Assembly (NCBI RefSeq): GCF_006345805.1
Contig: NC_043016.1
Span: forward strand, 5,332,001 to 5,396,000
Direction of reading: 5' to 3'
Length of the DNA stretch: 64,000 bases
DNA from: Octopus sinensis
Lineage: Eukaryota
Made by a program: the position numbers and the translations under genes. Shown one piece after another: positions 50,940 to 64,000 of this stretch (the first letter of the stretch is position 1; each line of letters starts with the position of its first letter). Under the pieces are notes generated by a model. The model made no database searches. It worked only from the letters and a program-made list of their open reading frames with translations, and had not been told where the DNA came from.

Positions 50940-53358
50940 GCCTTTGCACAGCGTCTAACGCTGGAGATGTACTACAGTGTCAGCTATTCACTACCAGTGA
51001 ACTAAAGTAACACCTCTTATTTTCCGAGCACCTTCCGGAGTATTCGAGCGGTTCCAAGCTGTGCTGTTTTCTGCAAGTGCTCCACCCTTATTGCAGTCCC
51101 TATTTTGTTCCACGTACTTCTCGAGATTTTTGCTCACTCTCCCAGGGCTCCGACAATTATTGGTATTACTACTACCTTTTTCATCGACCACAGCTGCTTA
51201 ACTTCCCAAGTTAACTTCTCATATCTGCAACTTTTCTTTCTTCCTTATCGCATACCTTGTTTTCTGCTGGGCTTCCTATTCTCAATCTCATGGTCGCACT
51301 GAATCATAAAATCCCATAGGATCTTTGCATTTCTATTTTCGGCAATGCCTTCGGGTACCAATTTTTTGTTCTATCAAGTCCATACTTGTTGCAAAGTGTC
51401 CAATGGACAAGCCTGGCTATATTGACGTGGCGTCTCCTATATTCCTTCTTGGCTATTGGCGTACATTGGCTGATAATATGCCATACGGTTTTACTGTCTT
51501 TTGTCCACAGATTCTGCACTTATGAGTTTATGAAGTGTTGTCTATTCTGTATTTTATGTAGTTTGTTCTTAGTGCTTGTTCTTAGGCAGCACAGATTAGA
51601 GCCTCCGTTTTCGGTTTTAAATCACTTTTAGTCATCCACAGCCATCTTTTTTCTGTGTCTGTCTTATCATCAACATTCCTATGAAATTGACCATACATTC
51701 TTTACTTTACCCATCTGTTTTCAGTTTTATTTGTTTTCAATTGCTTGTACAGTGCTTTATCTTTGCAGTCTTTCATCCTACACAAGCCTGATCTTCTTAC
51801 TTCTAATAATAGCCGTTCTGTGGCATTTATTACATACCATCCTATGTTGTTTTTTCTGCTCTAATGCTGTGTTCGCATGCAATAAGTCCTCTTCTTTTTC
51901 TTGGTACATACAGTCTGTCTCTCAATTTTTGGGCGGTGTGACCCATATCTAGTTAGCAACTTCCTTGTCTTTCTGTCTAAGCTGTTTAGTTCGTCTACTG
52001 TCCATGCGATTACCCCTGCTCCATATCTAAGGAGTGAAACCGCCCAGGTTTTCATAGCTTCAATCTTATTCCGTCCGTTTAATTTCGACTTAAGGATCAG
52101 TTTCAGTCTGTACTCCTCCTTAAATTTTTCTGTCATTTCTTTCTCCATCAATTTATCCATTTCCAAAATCCCCAAGTACTTATAGCCCGTCTCTTCTATC
52201 TGCTTCATAACCTCCCCCGACGGTATCGTTAGCCCGTCCAAACATTTAATTTTGCTTCTCTTCAAGACTAATACATCACACTTTCTCAGTCCGAACTCCA
52301 TTCTGGTATCAGCACTGAAGGTATACACTGAATCAACGAGGGAACTGACTTGGGCTTCATCCTTACCATAAAGTTTGAGGTCGTCCGTGAATAACAAATG
52401 GTTGACTCTTTGTTAGCGGCTTTTGAATACATACTCAGCTTTTGCTTTCCTCAGAATCAGTGTTAGTGGTATCAAGCACAGTACAAAGCTCAGTGGCAGT
52501 CCCCTTGGAAGATGCCCCTCCTGATTTGTTACTGTCCCTAAACTTCTTACGTATGCTGTCAGGTCCGTCCTCCAATTCGCCATACTTTCTCCAAGCAATC
52601 ACTCAACATTGGATGTAATACCAAATAGCTTCATACACTCCGTAATCCAAGAATGTGGGATCATATCGTACACCTTACGATAGTCGATCCATGACATGGC
52701 TAAGTTACTTTACCCCCTCTTGCAATCTTTAAGTACAGTTTTGTCTATCAGGAGTTGATCCTCGGTACATCTGCACTTACGCTTGCAACCCTTCTGCTCA
52801 TGTGGCAGGACTCCATTTTTTCCAAATGTCCGTACGTTAACTCTGCAAGTATTCCAGTTAATAATTTCCACATAAGTGGCAAACAGGATATCGGCCTGTA
52901 ATTGTCTACCGTATTGCTTTTTTCGATGTTTTCCAGGCACAGCACTGTCCTACCCAATGTCAACCACTCTGGTGTTACTTGGTCGGGATTTAAATGGTGT
53001 TGAGTTGCGCAGCTATTCGTGCATGACATTCAACAAATGTTTTGATCTAGTAGCCTTTAACTCCATCTGCTCCCAGGGCCTTCCAGTTGCTCATTTTTTT
53101 GCTGATTCACTTCCTTAACTGAAATGACTAGTTTCGTCTGTTTGTTTCAGTTCTTTCAACCATTCAGCATCCTTCTTGTGCTCTTTGCCTTTGCTCCAGA
53201 TGTCACTTAAAAACCCTTGACTTTCAATGTTATCTAGTATCAACTTTTCATCTGTACGCCCTCCATATATTTATTTATAGAATCTTTTCTGATCTACTCT
53301 GAATAACCTATTCTGCTGAATAACCCTTCATTCTTTGGTCGTACCTTACTATCTTTGC
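50940..53358 (-). mobile_element. R4/Dong-clade LINE (family A), 5'-truncated and degenerate
   Basis: [43 protein letters not shown]; 3'UTR matches 12110-12182. Confidence 0.92.
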
Positions 53359-53449
53359 TTTCTTCTTCTTCTCTTCTTCTTCTTCTTCTTTCTTCTTCTT
53401 CTTCTTCTTCTTCTTCTTCTTCTTCTTCTTCTTCTTCTTCTTCTTCTTC

Positions 53450-53488
<39 letters not shown>

Positions 53489-53728
53489 TCATCATCATCA
53501 TCATCACCATCACCATCACCATCACCATCACCATCACCATCACCATCACCACCACCACCACCACCACCACCACCATCACCATCACCATCACAACTACCCC
53601 CCCCCACCCTCACCACCACCATCACCATCATCATCATCATCATCATCATCATCATTATTATTATTATTATCATTATTATTATTATTATTATAAATATTAT
53701 TATCATATTATTATTATTATTATTATTA

Positions 53729-53796
<68 letters not shown>

Positions 53797-53812
53797 TATT
53801 ATTATTATTATT
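53359..53812. repeat. Compound (TTC)(TCA)(CCA)(TTA) array between two LINEs
   Basis: Directly visible. Confidence 0.95.
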
Positions 53813-55047
53813 ATATGTTTGACTTTTGCTTTATATTTGTACAAGTTGGCTCCAAGTCTCACCCAGAGACCTCAAGAGACAACAGGATGTTCACGTTGTT
53901 GCCTAGTGTGCCATATATTTGGTTGTTTTTTGTGTTGTATTAGTGGATGTCTAAAAAATTATGTTTGTTTTAAACCTTGAGATTACATAGAAAGTATTTT
54001 GCGTAGGATATGAGCAGTTCCCATGAGCACTATCTTTTGAATTTCTGCCATTTTGGGGTTTCCTGGTATCTGAATTAGGTAGCTATCAGCCCCTTTTGCT
54101 ATCATTCCCAGGGCACCTATGACAACAGGTATTGTTTTAGTCTTCAGGTTCCACATTTTTCTGATTTCTGTTTCAAGATCTTTATATTTGCTCAGTTTTT
54201 GGTAGGTCTTGACAGATACGTTTATATCGATTGGGACAGTCATATCAATGAGGAGGCATGTTCTTTGTCTGAAGTCTTTCAATATGATGTCTGGCCTATT
54301 TGCATCTATATTTCTGTCAGTTTGAATGGTGAAGTTCCAGAGGAGTGAGATGTGGTCATTTTCAAGCACTGGGGGTGGTTTGTGTTCCCACCAGTTTTTT
54401 TCATGGGGCAAATCCAGGTTTTTGCAGATTACCCAGTGAATATATTGTGCAGCTCTATCGTGCCTGTTGAGATACTCTGTAGGCGCTAGAAGACTGCACT
54501 TGGAGACCACATGATCAATGGTTTCATTTTGTTGCCAGCATACACGACACGTTGGACTGCTGCTGATCTTTAATATGTTGGCCTGGTAGTTTCTTGTTGG
54601 TCGGCATTGATCTTGAGCTGCTATGATAAACCCTTCTGTTTCAGATTTTAAGCCAGAGGCCATTAGCCATTGATGGGTCAGGGCTTTGTCAACATCTGTA
54701 TTATTCGCTCTCTTTGGGTATTTGCCGTAGAGAGGTTTTTCTTGCCATTTATCATACAGAATATCTAAGGCCGCAGATTTAGCACGAGTTTTCATGCGCT
54801 TAGCTTTTTCTGTGCCTGTTTCTTGTATGTCTATCTCTAATTCCGAAATTTGTTGTATTCGGAATTCACTTAGATATTCCTTTGCCTGTTTTGTTACTGA
54901 GTATGATGCTTTCTTGTTTTCATGTTTTGAGACAAGTTTTAACATCCAGTCCTCAGACTATTTCAGGTAGGTGTCTAGGCCAATTGTAGCAATCTTCATT
55001 GTTATTGCCAGTTGTTAAAGTCCACGGCCTCCCTCTTTTCTTGGCAG
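53813..55047 (-). mobile_element. R4/Dong-clade LINE (family B) 3' portion with an open 320-aa frame
   Basis: ORF 53983-54945: GLKSETEGFIIAAQDQ, CRVCWQQNETIDHVVSKC (CCHC), NRPDIILKD..IDMTVP..QKLSKYKDL (RLE); (TAA)n on both sides. Confidence 0.93.
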
Positions 55048-55116
55048 ATTATTATTATTATTATATTATTATTATTATTATTATTATATTATTATTATTA
55101 TTATTATTATTATCAT

Positions 55117-55153
<37 letters not shown>

Positions 55154-55166
55154 GTTATTATTATTA

Positions 55167-55245
<79 letters not shown>

Positions 55246-56208
55246 GTTACTGTCATTTACTTTTAATCTGCATGTTTGATGCAATCAATTGCCGGGGCAC
55301 ACCCAGCGCCCTAGGGCAAGTGAAGGTTAAGAGTTGTTGAAATATAGCTGAAAGCTTGGGGAGGGGAAGTAGAGAAATATCTCCATGTAATACAAACACA
55401 AACATTTACATTGATAGGTTTTTCTAAGGATGTGGGCAGTTCTTGTTAGCACAATCTTTTGGATTTCCTTGAGACATGGTTCTCCAGTGATATTGTCTAG
55501 GTGTTTCTGACATCCCTTTTTTATCATACCTAGGGCACCTACAATAACAGGAAGAGTTTTTGTTTTAAGATTCCACATCTTTTGTATTTCGATTTCCAGT
55601 TCCTTATATTTACTAAGTTTGTCAAATTCCTTTACAGATACATTTTTATCAGTGGGGACGCTTACCTCTATTACTCTGCTGGTATTATCTTCCCTGTCTT
55701 TAACAATTATGTCTGGTCGATTAGCCTTGATCGTTCTGTCAGTGTTGACTGGAAAATCCCAGAGGATGGTGACATTTTTACCTTCAACAACTGGCTGAGG
55801 ATGGTGTTCATACCAGTTAGCAAGAGTGCCGAATTTGTAGGGTTTACATATCTTCAAATGTATATACTGTCCTACCCTATCGTGGCGATTTTTGTATTCG
55901 TCTGGTGTCAACACAGGACATCCCGAAACGAGGTGGTCTATTGTTTCGTCAAATGTGTCGCAGAATCTGCATTTAGGGTCAGTACCGTTTCGGAGAACGT
56001 TAGCTTGGTAATTTCTGGTAAGAAAGCTTTGATCTTATGCTGCCAGTATGAAGCCTACAGTCTATGATTTCAATCCAGAACTCTTCTGCCACTGATGGGT
56101 TGTTGCTTGGTCTACATCAGCATTTTGGCTTCGGAGAATATATTGTCCATGCAGGGGCTTCTGGCTCCACCGCCTCTCAGTTTGATTCTGCCCGTTCTTT
56201 TTTGCAGT
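55246..56208 (-). mobile_element. R4/Dong-clade LINE (family F) 3' portion
   Basis: ORF 55327-55914: RHDRVGQYIH..NRPDIIVKD..KLSKYKELEIEIQKMW; (TAA)n on both sides. Confidence 0.9.
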
Positions 56209-56216
56209 CATTATTA

Positions 56217-56260
<44 letters not shown>

Positions 56261-56314
56261 TTATTATTATTTTATTATATTATTATTATTATTATTACTA
56301 TTATTATTATTATC

Positions 56315-56346
<32 letters not shown>

Positions 56347-56386
56347 TATCATAATCATTATTATTATTATCATTATTATTATCATT

Positions 56387-56463
<77 letters not shown>

Positions 56464-56479
56464 TATATTATTATTATCA

Positions 56480-56518
<39 letters not shown>

Positions 56519-56589
56519 CATTATTATTATCATTATTATTATCATTATTATTATTATTATTATTATCATTATTATTATCATTATTATTA

Positions 56590-56659
<70 letters not shown>

Positions 56660-56675
56660 CATTATTATTATCATT

Positions 56676-56707
<32 letters not shown>

Positions 56708-56738
56708 CATCATCATCATCATTTTTATTATTATTATC

Positions 56739-56803
<65 letters not shown>

Positions 56804-56927
56804 TATTATTATTATCATTATTATTATATTATTATCATTATCATTATCATTATCATATTATTATTATTATTATATATTATTATTATTATTATATATTATT
56901 ATTATTATTATTATCATTATCATCATT

Positions 56928-56968
<41 letters not shown>

Positions 56969-56970
56969 TA

Positions 56971-57005
<35 letters not shown>
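56209..57005. repeat. ~800-bp (ATT)/(ATC) microsatellite
   Basis: Directly visible. Confidence 0.97.
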
Positions 57006-57006
<1 letters not shown>

Positions 57007-58047
57007 TTTTTATAATGTTCTCCAATACTAAGTTGTATTAATCCTATGTCCCTAGGGTAATTATTTGGTCTATCCTGATTATCTCACTCTCATTTGTTAA
57101 TATATAATTAACCTAAGACATTTTTATCCAAGTAATTAACTTTTATCCACAGATAGTAAATCTTATCCCCAATAGTTCCTATTTTTAATTCATTAATATC
57201 AACTCACTATCCATGAAATACGTACATGATAGTTAAAACACAACCAGTCAGATTTCGTTGTGTGCGACCACAAAGAAATGTTTTGTTCTGTTATGGAAAT
57301 CAGCTGCCTTTTGTGGTTAGGAAAATACAAGAGATTTATGCGGAAATTTGAATAATTTACTCTTCTAAATCACTTCCCCTCATAATATCACATTCCTCTA
57401 AATTCTATGTAAATCTTCTTTCTTTGATTTTCCCTCTTCCATCTTTCTTAGTATATATTTTGACCCAAGATAGATTCACCTGATTAATAAGGCTTTCCCC
57501 CAGTTAATAAGTACTATGCCTACTCGTAATAAGTGATTGTTTTTTTGGGGGGGGAGGGTTCTCCAAATTTGCACTCTCTGTGAATGTGATTGTGACCACT
57601 TGACATTGACCTAGTTCTCTCATCAAATAGTAGTAATTGGTAATTAGTAGTGACAATTGCTGTCTTCCATATGAATTCCTTTTATGTAGCTCTGTAACCC
57701 CCTTTACCCCATTTCTATAATCAGAAAATCTTTATTGCTTCCTTCATCTTAGTCCTCACTCTCACAACCTTACAGCAGTTTGGAACAACCAAATTTAAGT
57801 CAGTCAGTTGAGGGACTCTACTACCTCAAATGTTCTTAAAATTTAAATCCACATCTTTGTCTATATATCTACCTTCTCTAAAATGTTGCCACTTGATTTG
57901 AAAACTTTTGTATTAATGGAAAACCTCTATAATTGGCTGATGAGTACTCAACATCTTAAATATGTTGTAATACTTACAACATTTAATTAAATGATGTAGT
58001 ACGAAACGATCGTACCAAATTACCGGAGTCATTCTTGTTGCTTATTC

Positions 58048-58090
<43 letters not shown>

Positions 58091-58278
58091 GTGTGTGTGC
58101 ATGTGTGTGTGTGTGTGCGTGTGTAGTGAGAATTTACAAAAAGAATACAAACGGCAAAGACGGGTGTGTAAACAACAAACAGTTGTATTAGTTTAACGCT
58201 CGGGAAGCGAGAAAATATTTTACGCTCTTGACAGAGAGGTACTCAGAAAAAACAGGGAGAATATATATATGTATAAAA

Positions 58279-58689
<411 letters not shown>

Positions 58690-59200
58690 AGAGTTTACGA
58701 GCTGTATTTTTCAAGCAACAGACCCATATTTTGAATGAAGTGCAAAAGTTTCTACTACCATAACAAATGCTTCTGCGTGTTACCGAGAAATTTATAGAGA
58801 ACGAAAACAAGTTTCTTCTACGCAAACAACTCCAGACGTGTTCTTTAAAAAGAATTCTACAAGCCTGGCTACGAGTGTTTGTAAATCAGCGATCGCGTCC
58901 ACAAGTGATGGTGTACATGAGTCTAGTGAAAGTGATTCAGAAAATGATTTTAATAATATTTTGAATTGCAAATGAATCTCACAATCTCTATACTTTACAC
59001 AAAATATTCTTTACATTCTACTGTTGTTTTTGTTGCCATTTATTTATGCGTATTATAAATTTTATAGGTAAAATATTTTCAGGGAACGAATTACGATTCA
59101 TATCATTGCTACTATATGGAAATTATTACTCTGCTTTACGAGTTTTCACTTTACAAGCCGTGTCCGGGAACACATTAACTCGTATATCAAGGCATTACTG
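58690..59200 (+). mobile_element. Tigger/pogo transposon 3' half
   Basis: DPYFE*SAKVSTTITNASACYREIYRERKQVSSTQTTPDVFFKK (Tigger-like C-terminus); ends ...aactcgtatatcaaggcattactg|TA. Confidence 0.7.
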
Positions 59201-59234
59201 TACATATATTTAAGAAGTTAACTGCCTAATCACG

Positions 59235-59264
59235 TGACCAGTACCTATTCTGGCACTGTCGATC

Positions 59265-59295
<31 letters not shown>

Positions 59296-59415
59296 CGCTG
59301 CTATTTCAAGCGGCCAAGTGTTCATCAGTGATAAGACCAAACAAGGTCGCAATCATGTGACCTGGTGGTATCGGTGCTGGAGTAGCAGGGATTTATTTCC
59401 CCACTAGCAATATAA
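59235..59415 (+). repeat. Unclassified interspersed repeat, copy 2 (with internal TA expansion)
   Basis: Collinear with 46240-46415. Confidence 0.6.
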
Positions 59416-60130
59416 ACAAGATTGCATTCCTGACCAACAGCCAAAAAGAGAGTTTCTCTCATTGTTAAAACAACATCCATGTTTAAGAGATTATAAATAT
59501 TACCTCTCGATATTAATACTGCCTCTATCGCTAATTTATATGTTTTTAACTATATAGGGCATACTATAGATCAGTAGGACAAGTATAACATAAGATGTAC
59601 ACATCTACTGCTGAGAACTTTGTGAAGATCATCCTGCGTCTTCACTTTGCCGGAAAGGACAAGCTATAGTAGCTATAGTAGCTATAGCGAAAGAAATTGA
59701 AAGGTGAACCAGATTGAAAGAGCTGAAGATAGTCATCTATAGCTAAGCCATCGTCAACGTTTTCAAGTTTCATTGAAAAAGAAAAGTGAGGGTCGAAAGG
59801 GAAGTGCTGTCTCTCAGAAAATTTGAGAGTGGTGTATGATCCGAGTATGGTATATGAGAGTAGTGAGTATGGTCCGAGTGAATGGGCTTACTTTGAGCAT
59901 ACAACTGTCAATTGAAGGGAGGAAACAGAAAATGCACTTGCCTTAATGATCAGGATAACCTTGATCTGAAAGGTTTCCACGAGATGCCCTTAGAAGTCTT
60001 CCCATTTTTGGCGAATTATTCATTGTTAAAATGTACTCTTAGTGTTATTTTTCTGTTTACACTTTTATATAATCCCACATTTCATCATCCTGTAATGTTT
60101 CCGATCATTTTTTCTGAATCTTTAGTGGTT

Positions 60131-60349
60131 AATAACGGTTTCAAATTTTGGCAAAAGGCCAATAATTTCGAGGAACGGGTGAAGTCGATTACATTGACCA
60201 CATTGATGAAGTGGTACATATATTATCAACCCCGAAAAGATGAAAGGCAAAGTCGGCCTCGACAGATATTGAGCTCAGAATGTAAAGACAGACGAAATGC
60301 CGCTAAGCATTTTGCCCGGCGTGATAACAATTCCAGCAGCTCGCCTCCT
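60131..60349 (-). mobile_element. SINE family 2 copy, near full length
   Basis: ggtttcaaattttggc..gtcgattacat..ccccgaaaagatgaaaggcaaagtc..gctcagaatgtaaagacagacgaaatgccgctaagcatttt. Confidence 0.8.
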
Positions 60350-60424
60350 TAATAATAATAATAATAATATAATAATAATAATAATAATATAATAATATAA
60401 TAATAATAATAATAATAATATAAT

Positions 60425-60532
60425 AACTTCCAACCTGTTGTCTCTTGAGGTCTCTGGGTGAGACTTGGAGCCAACTTGTACAAATATAAAGCAAAAGTCA
60501 AACATACGATAATAATAATAATAATAATAATA

Positions 60533-60579
<47 letters not shown>

Positions 60580-61142
60580 TAATAATAATATAATAACTTC
60601 CAACCTGTTGTCTCTTGAGGTCTCTGGGTGAGACTTGGAGCCAACTTGTACAAATATAAAGCAAAAGTCAAACATAGAATAATAATAATAATAATATTTG
60701 TTTTGTGACGAAAGAACTCTGGCCGAAATAAGATTAAGATTAATGTAAAAAATAAATAACGCTGAAGTAAAGTAACACCAAATATATAGAGCGTATGTTT
60801 TTATTGGCTAAACTGGCATAATGACCATTCCTGAATACAACAACAACAACCGCAACAACAATAATAATAATAATAATAATAACTTCCAACCTGTTGTCTC
60901 TTGAGGTCTCTGGGTGAGACTTGGAGCCAACTTGTACAAATATAAAGCAAAAGTCAAACATAGAATAATAATAATAATTTGTTTTGTGACGAAAGAACTC
61001 TGGCCGAAATAAGATTAAGATTAATGTAAAAAATAAATAACGCTGAAGTAAAGTAACACCAAATATATAGTGCGTATGTTTTTATTGGCTAACTGGCATA
61101 ATGACCGTTCCTGAATACAACAACAACAACAACAACAACAAC
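60425..61142 (+). repeat. Tandem array of an 82-bp family B LINE tail (3 copies) plus a ~150-bp spacer (2 copies), joined by (TAA)n
   Basis: Identical 82-mers at 60425-60506, 60595-60676 and 60881-60962; spacer at ~60697-60850 and ~60978-61140. Confidence 0.92.
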
Positions 61143-61504
<362 letters not shown>

Positions 61505-62324
61505 GGAAGGCGGCTGGACGTGACGGAAGGCGGCTCGACGTGACAGAGGATGGACGTATTTTCCGATGCTCTGAACTGGCAACAGCTAACCCAGCAGGAC
61601 AACTGAAAAAAAACAACTGTAGAAAACTGGAAGATCTACTGTTTTCTGTGAGTAATTTGAATTTCCCTCAAAATAAATTAAGGAACTTACATATCTACAG
61701 CTCATACAAACGTACACCTAACAAGAAAAATTAGAAACATAAATATCTCCAATTTTGTGTGAACATTTAGTCGTCTCTCATGACTATAAGAATGTGTAAA
61801 ATTGCCTTTTATTGTAACAACACAATTAAATGCACGATAAAAAATTATGGAAGTAAGTACCTGCTAATATATACATACAACTGAATTCAGAAAATTAAAA
61901 AATATATACATAACATTGAATTCAGAAATTTTTTAAAAATCATCGACGTGAACCTCAGATAATGTGTGTGTGAGTATACATATACATATACATATGTATG
62001 CGGAAAGGAAGAAAAGAGAAAGGAAAAAAAATAAATGTAAACAGGTTTGACCTTTTACTGACCATTAATGTCCTTTGTCTCCACCATCTGCTGAATCTAT
62101 TTATAGACCCATAGAACATGACCTCTTTAACCAACTATTCCCCCACACAATGGCAGTAGTGGTGATGATTATTGGCTGTGACTACACATAAAACAATGTC
62201 ATTGATGATGATGATGGTGATGTTGATGATGATGATGATGGTGATGGTGGTGATGGTGATAGTAATAACAATAATAACTGACAGATCCCTTTTTTTTCTT
62301 TTCTTTCTCCGTATTTATTCTCAT

Positions 62325-64000
62325 TATTTCGAACTAATACAGGCAGAGTGAGCCTTTTATAAGTTTAAAAGAGGAAGGGAAAAGAGGGAAGGAAAAAGGG
62401 GAAGAAGGAGATAGAGAGAAAGAGAGAGGAAACAAGGAAGAGAAAGAGAAAAAATGTTCGGAGATAAAACTATCAACAAAAAAAATACAGACGAATATAG
62501 ATCTGCTAGTCTTAAAAAGCTGCGCTATGAGCAATGCTTACATGTAGAGAACCCTAAACTGACAGATCCATCTCCTAATATAAGAATGGAAGCTCGTCAT
62601 GCTTCAATGTCAACAAATCAAACTATAAACCGCATTAGTCGTCGCGCGGATTACAAAAGACCACGTACCCGAAAATTGAACCAAATTCTGATTGAAAAAT
62701 CAGCTACTGGATCAAATCTTCCCAACACACAGGAGCTGGACGTACCCCACAACCGGAATATTCTAAAAGATGGCCGTCCATGCTCGTCACCAAATAATCA
62801 AAAGAAAAATAAGGAAAAATGGTCTAGGGAAGATAATAAAGAAGTTCTTGGGGCCTTCTACCATGCCATATATTTCCCCACAGATAAATCTAACACTGTA
62901 CAAACATACTTAAACTGGAGAGAGAGAAACACCCTGAAGTAAGACCCTACATAGACAGTAACAAACTTGCCAACGTCAGAAGAAACATTATAAAAAAAAA
63001 TTACTGACTGAAGTAGAGATTGATCAAGTTAGACAAGCAATATCGGATAAAATGAACGAAGCTGCAGCTAGAGAAGATAATACAGAGGAAATAATTATAG
63101 ACCAGCCCAGAGCTGATAAAAACAGTAAGGATTGAAAGAGTTTGTATAAGTGATAGGCAAAGTGAAATACTCCCTGAACCAATCATAAACACTATGACAG
63201 ATGAACATCAAATAGATAAAGAAAGTCACACAAATATTGACCCAACAGAACTACATGAGCTCAAAAATCAAATCATGATTGAATGGCTGAAAATTAAAGA
63301 AACCAGCGTGGATGAACGTGATACACTCCCTAAAATCCGCAACTCTAACCAAAACATGAAAATAATTAGTAAAATCCGGATTGCACTTAGGGATATAATT
63401 TCAGCTAATGATGTTGATATCACAAATCTCAACGATCCTATGTGGGGTAAAGATTAGAAAACGGCAACATTCCCACAAAAAGCCTTCTTGGCAAGAGCGT
63501 TTGCAACAACAAATTAAACTATTTAGATCTGATATTGAATATTTGAAAAACATTAAGGTTCACAAGACTACCAAACCTACAAGAACCACAAAATTGCTGA
63601 AAAAAATACAATATGAAAACTATACTTGATATTAATGCCACCATAGAAACCATCAAACAAAAGGTATCTGCCAAAGCTGCCCGCATAGCGAGGTATGAAA
63701 AGCGTGTTAGATTTTTCAAGGACAACATGTTCAAAAATAACCCCAAGAATTTTGACAGGAAGATAGGAAAAATAGCGTTTACTGCAAGGTCTGTACCATC
63801 AAAAGAAGAAGTGCAGGGATTTGGGAATAAAATTTGGGCAGAAAAAAAAACACAACGAAAAGGCCCCCTGGATTGACAGAATATCTACAGAACTGGACCC
63901 CTTAGAAGAGCAAAAGTGAGAGGGTGTCAAGGTAGAAGATACAAGATCTGCTCTCAGGAGGTCAAGCAAATGGAAGTCTCCAGGAAAGGATAAAATTCCT
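62325..64000 (+). mobile_element. R4/Dong-clade LINE (family B) 5' portion, runs off the window
   Basis: Collinear with 13325-14658; KWSREDNKEVLGAFYHA, KPSWQERL, QKVSAKAARIARYEKR, ...KWKSPGKDKI (RT domain 0); stops and frameshifts present. Confidence 0.88.

Noticed and set aside
58125-58260. Penelope-LTR-like segment with a possible ribozyme
   Set aside because: The resemblance rests on recall only, and no complete hammerhead core is present here.
59560-59960. Decayed CR1/L2-type LINE 3' end on the minus strand
   Set aside because: Only a vague resemblance to the LFYRYY motif; not supportable by eye.
60425-60962. CRISPR-like look of identical repeats with variable spacers
   Set aside because: Repeats are 82 bp and match a LINE 3' end, spacers are TAA tracts or duplicated, there are no cas genes and the context is eukaryotic.

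Overview
AT-rich, microsatellite-dense eukaryotic (metazoan) DNA with one 100-N gap (37181-37280). The SINE and LINE repertoire resembles what I recall from octopus assemblies; this host guess is inference. I can support no intact host gene or intact transposon ORF. Every recognisable coding signal is a decayed mobile-element fragment: many R4/Dong-type RLE LINEs, a Tx1/L1-type LINE, CRE, HERO/NeSL-like and RTE fragments, Penelope-like remnants, a hAT/Buster element with TIRs and 8-bp TSD, mariner and pogo/Tigger derivatives, Helitrons and two tRNA-type SINE families. Most interesting: (1) a Tx1-type LINE with both ends intact and (GATA)n on both sides, a candidate (TATC)n-targeting retrotransposon; (2) several R4/Dong families sitting in (TAA)n arrays in a fixed strand orientation, including a three-element train and a tandem array of an 82-bp LINE tail; (3) three minimal hammerhead-ribozyme motifs with palindromic stem III; (4) several long, mutually unrelated fold-back palindromes and a mariner built from two 5' ends. 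All coordinates and alignments were read by eye, so boundaries are approximate unless a TIR, TSD or motif is quoted.
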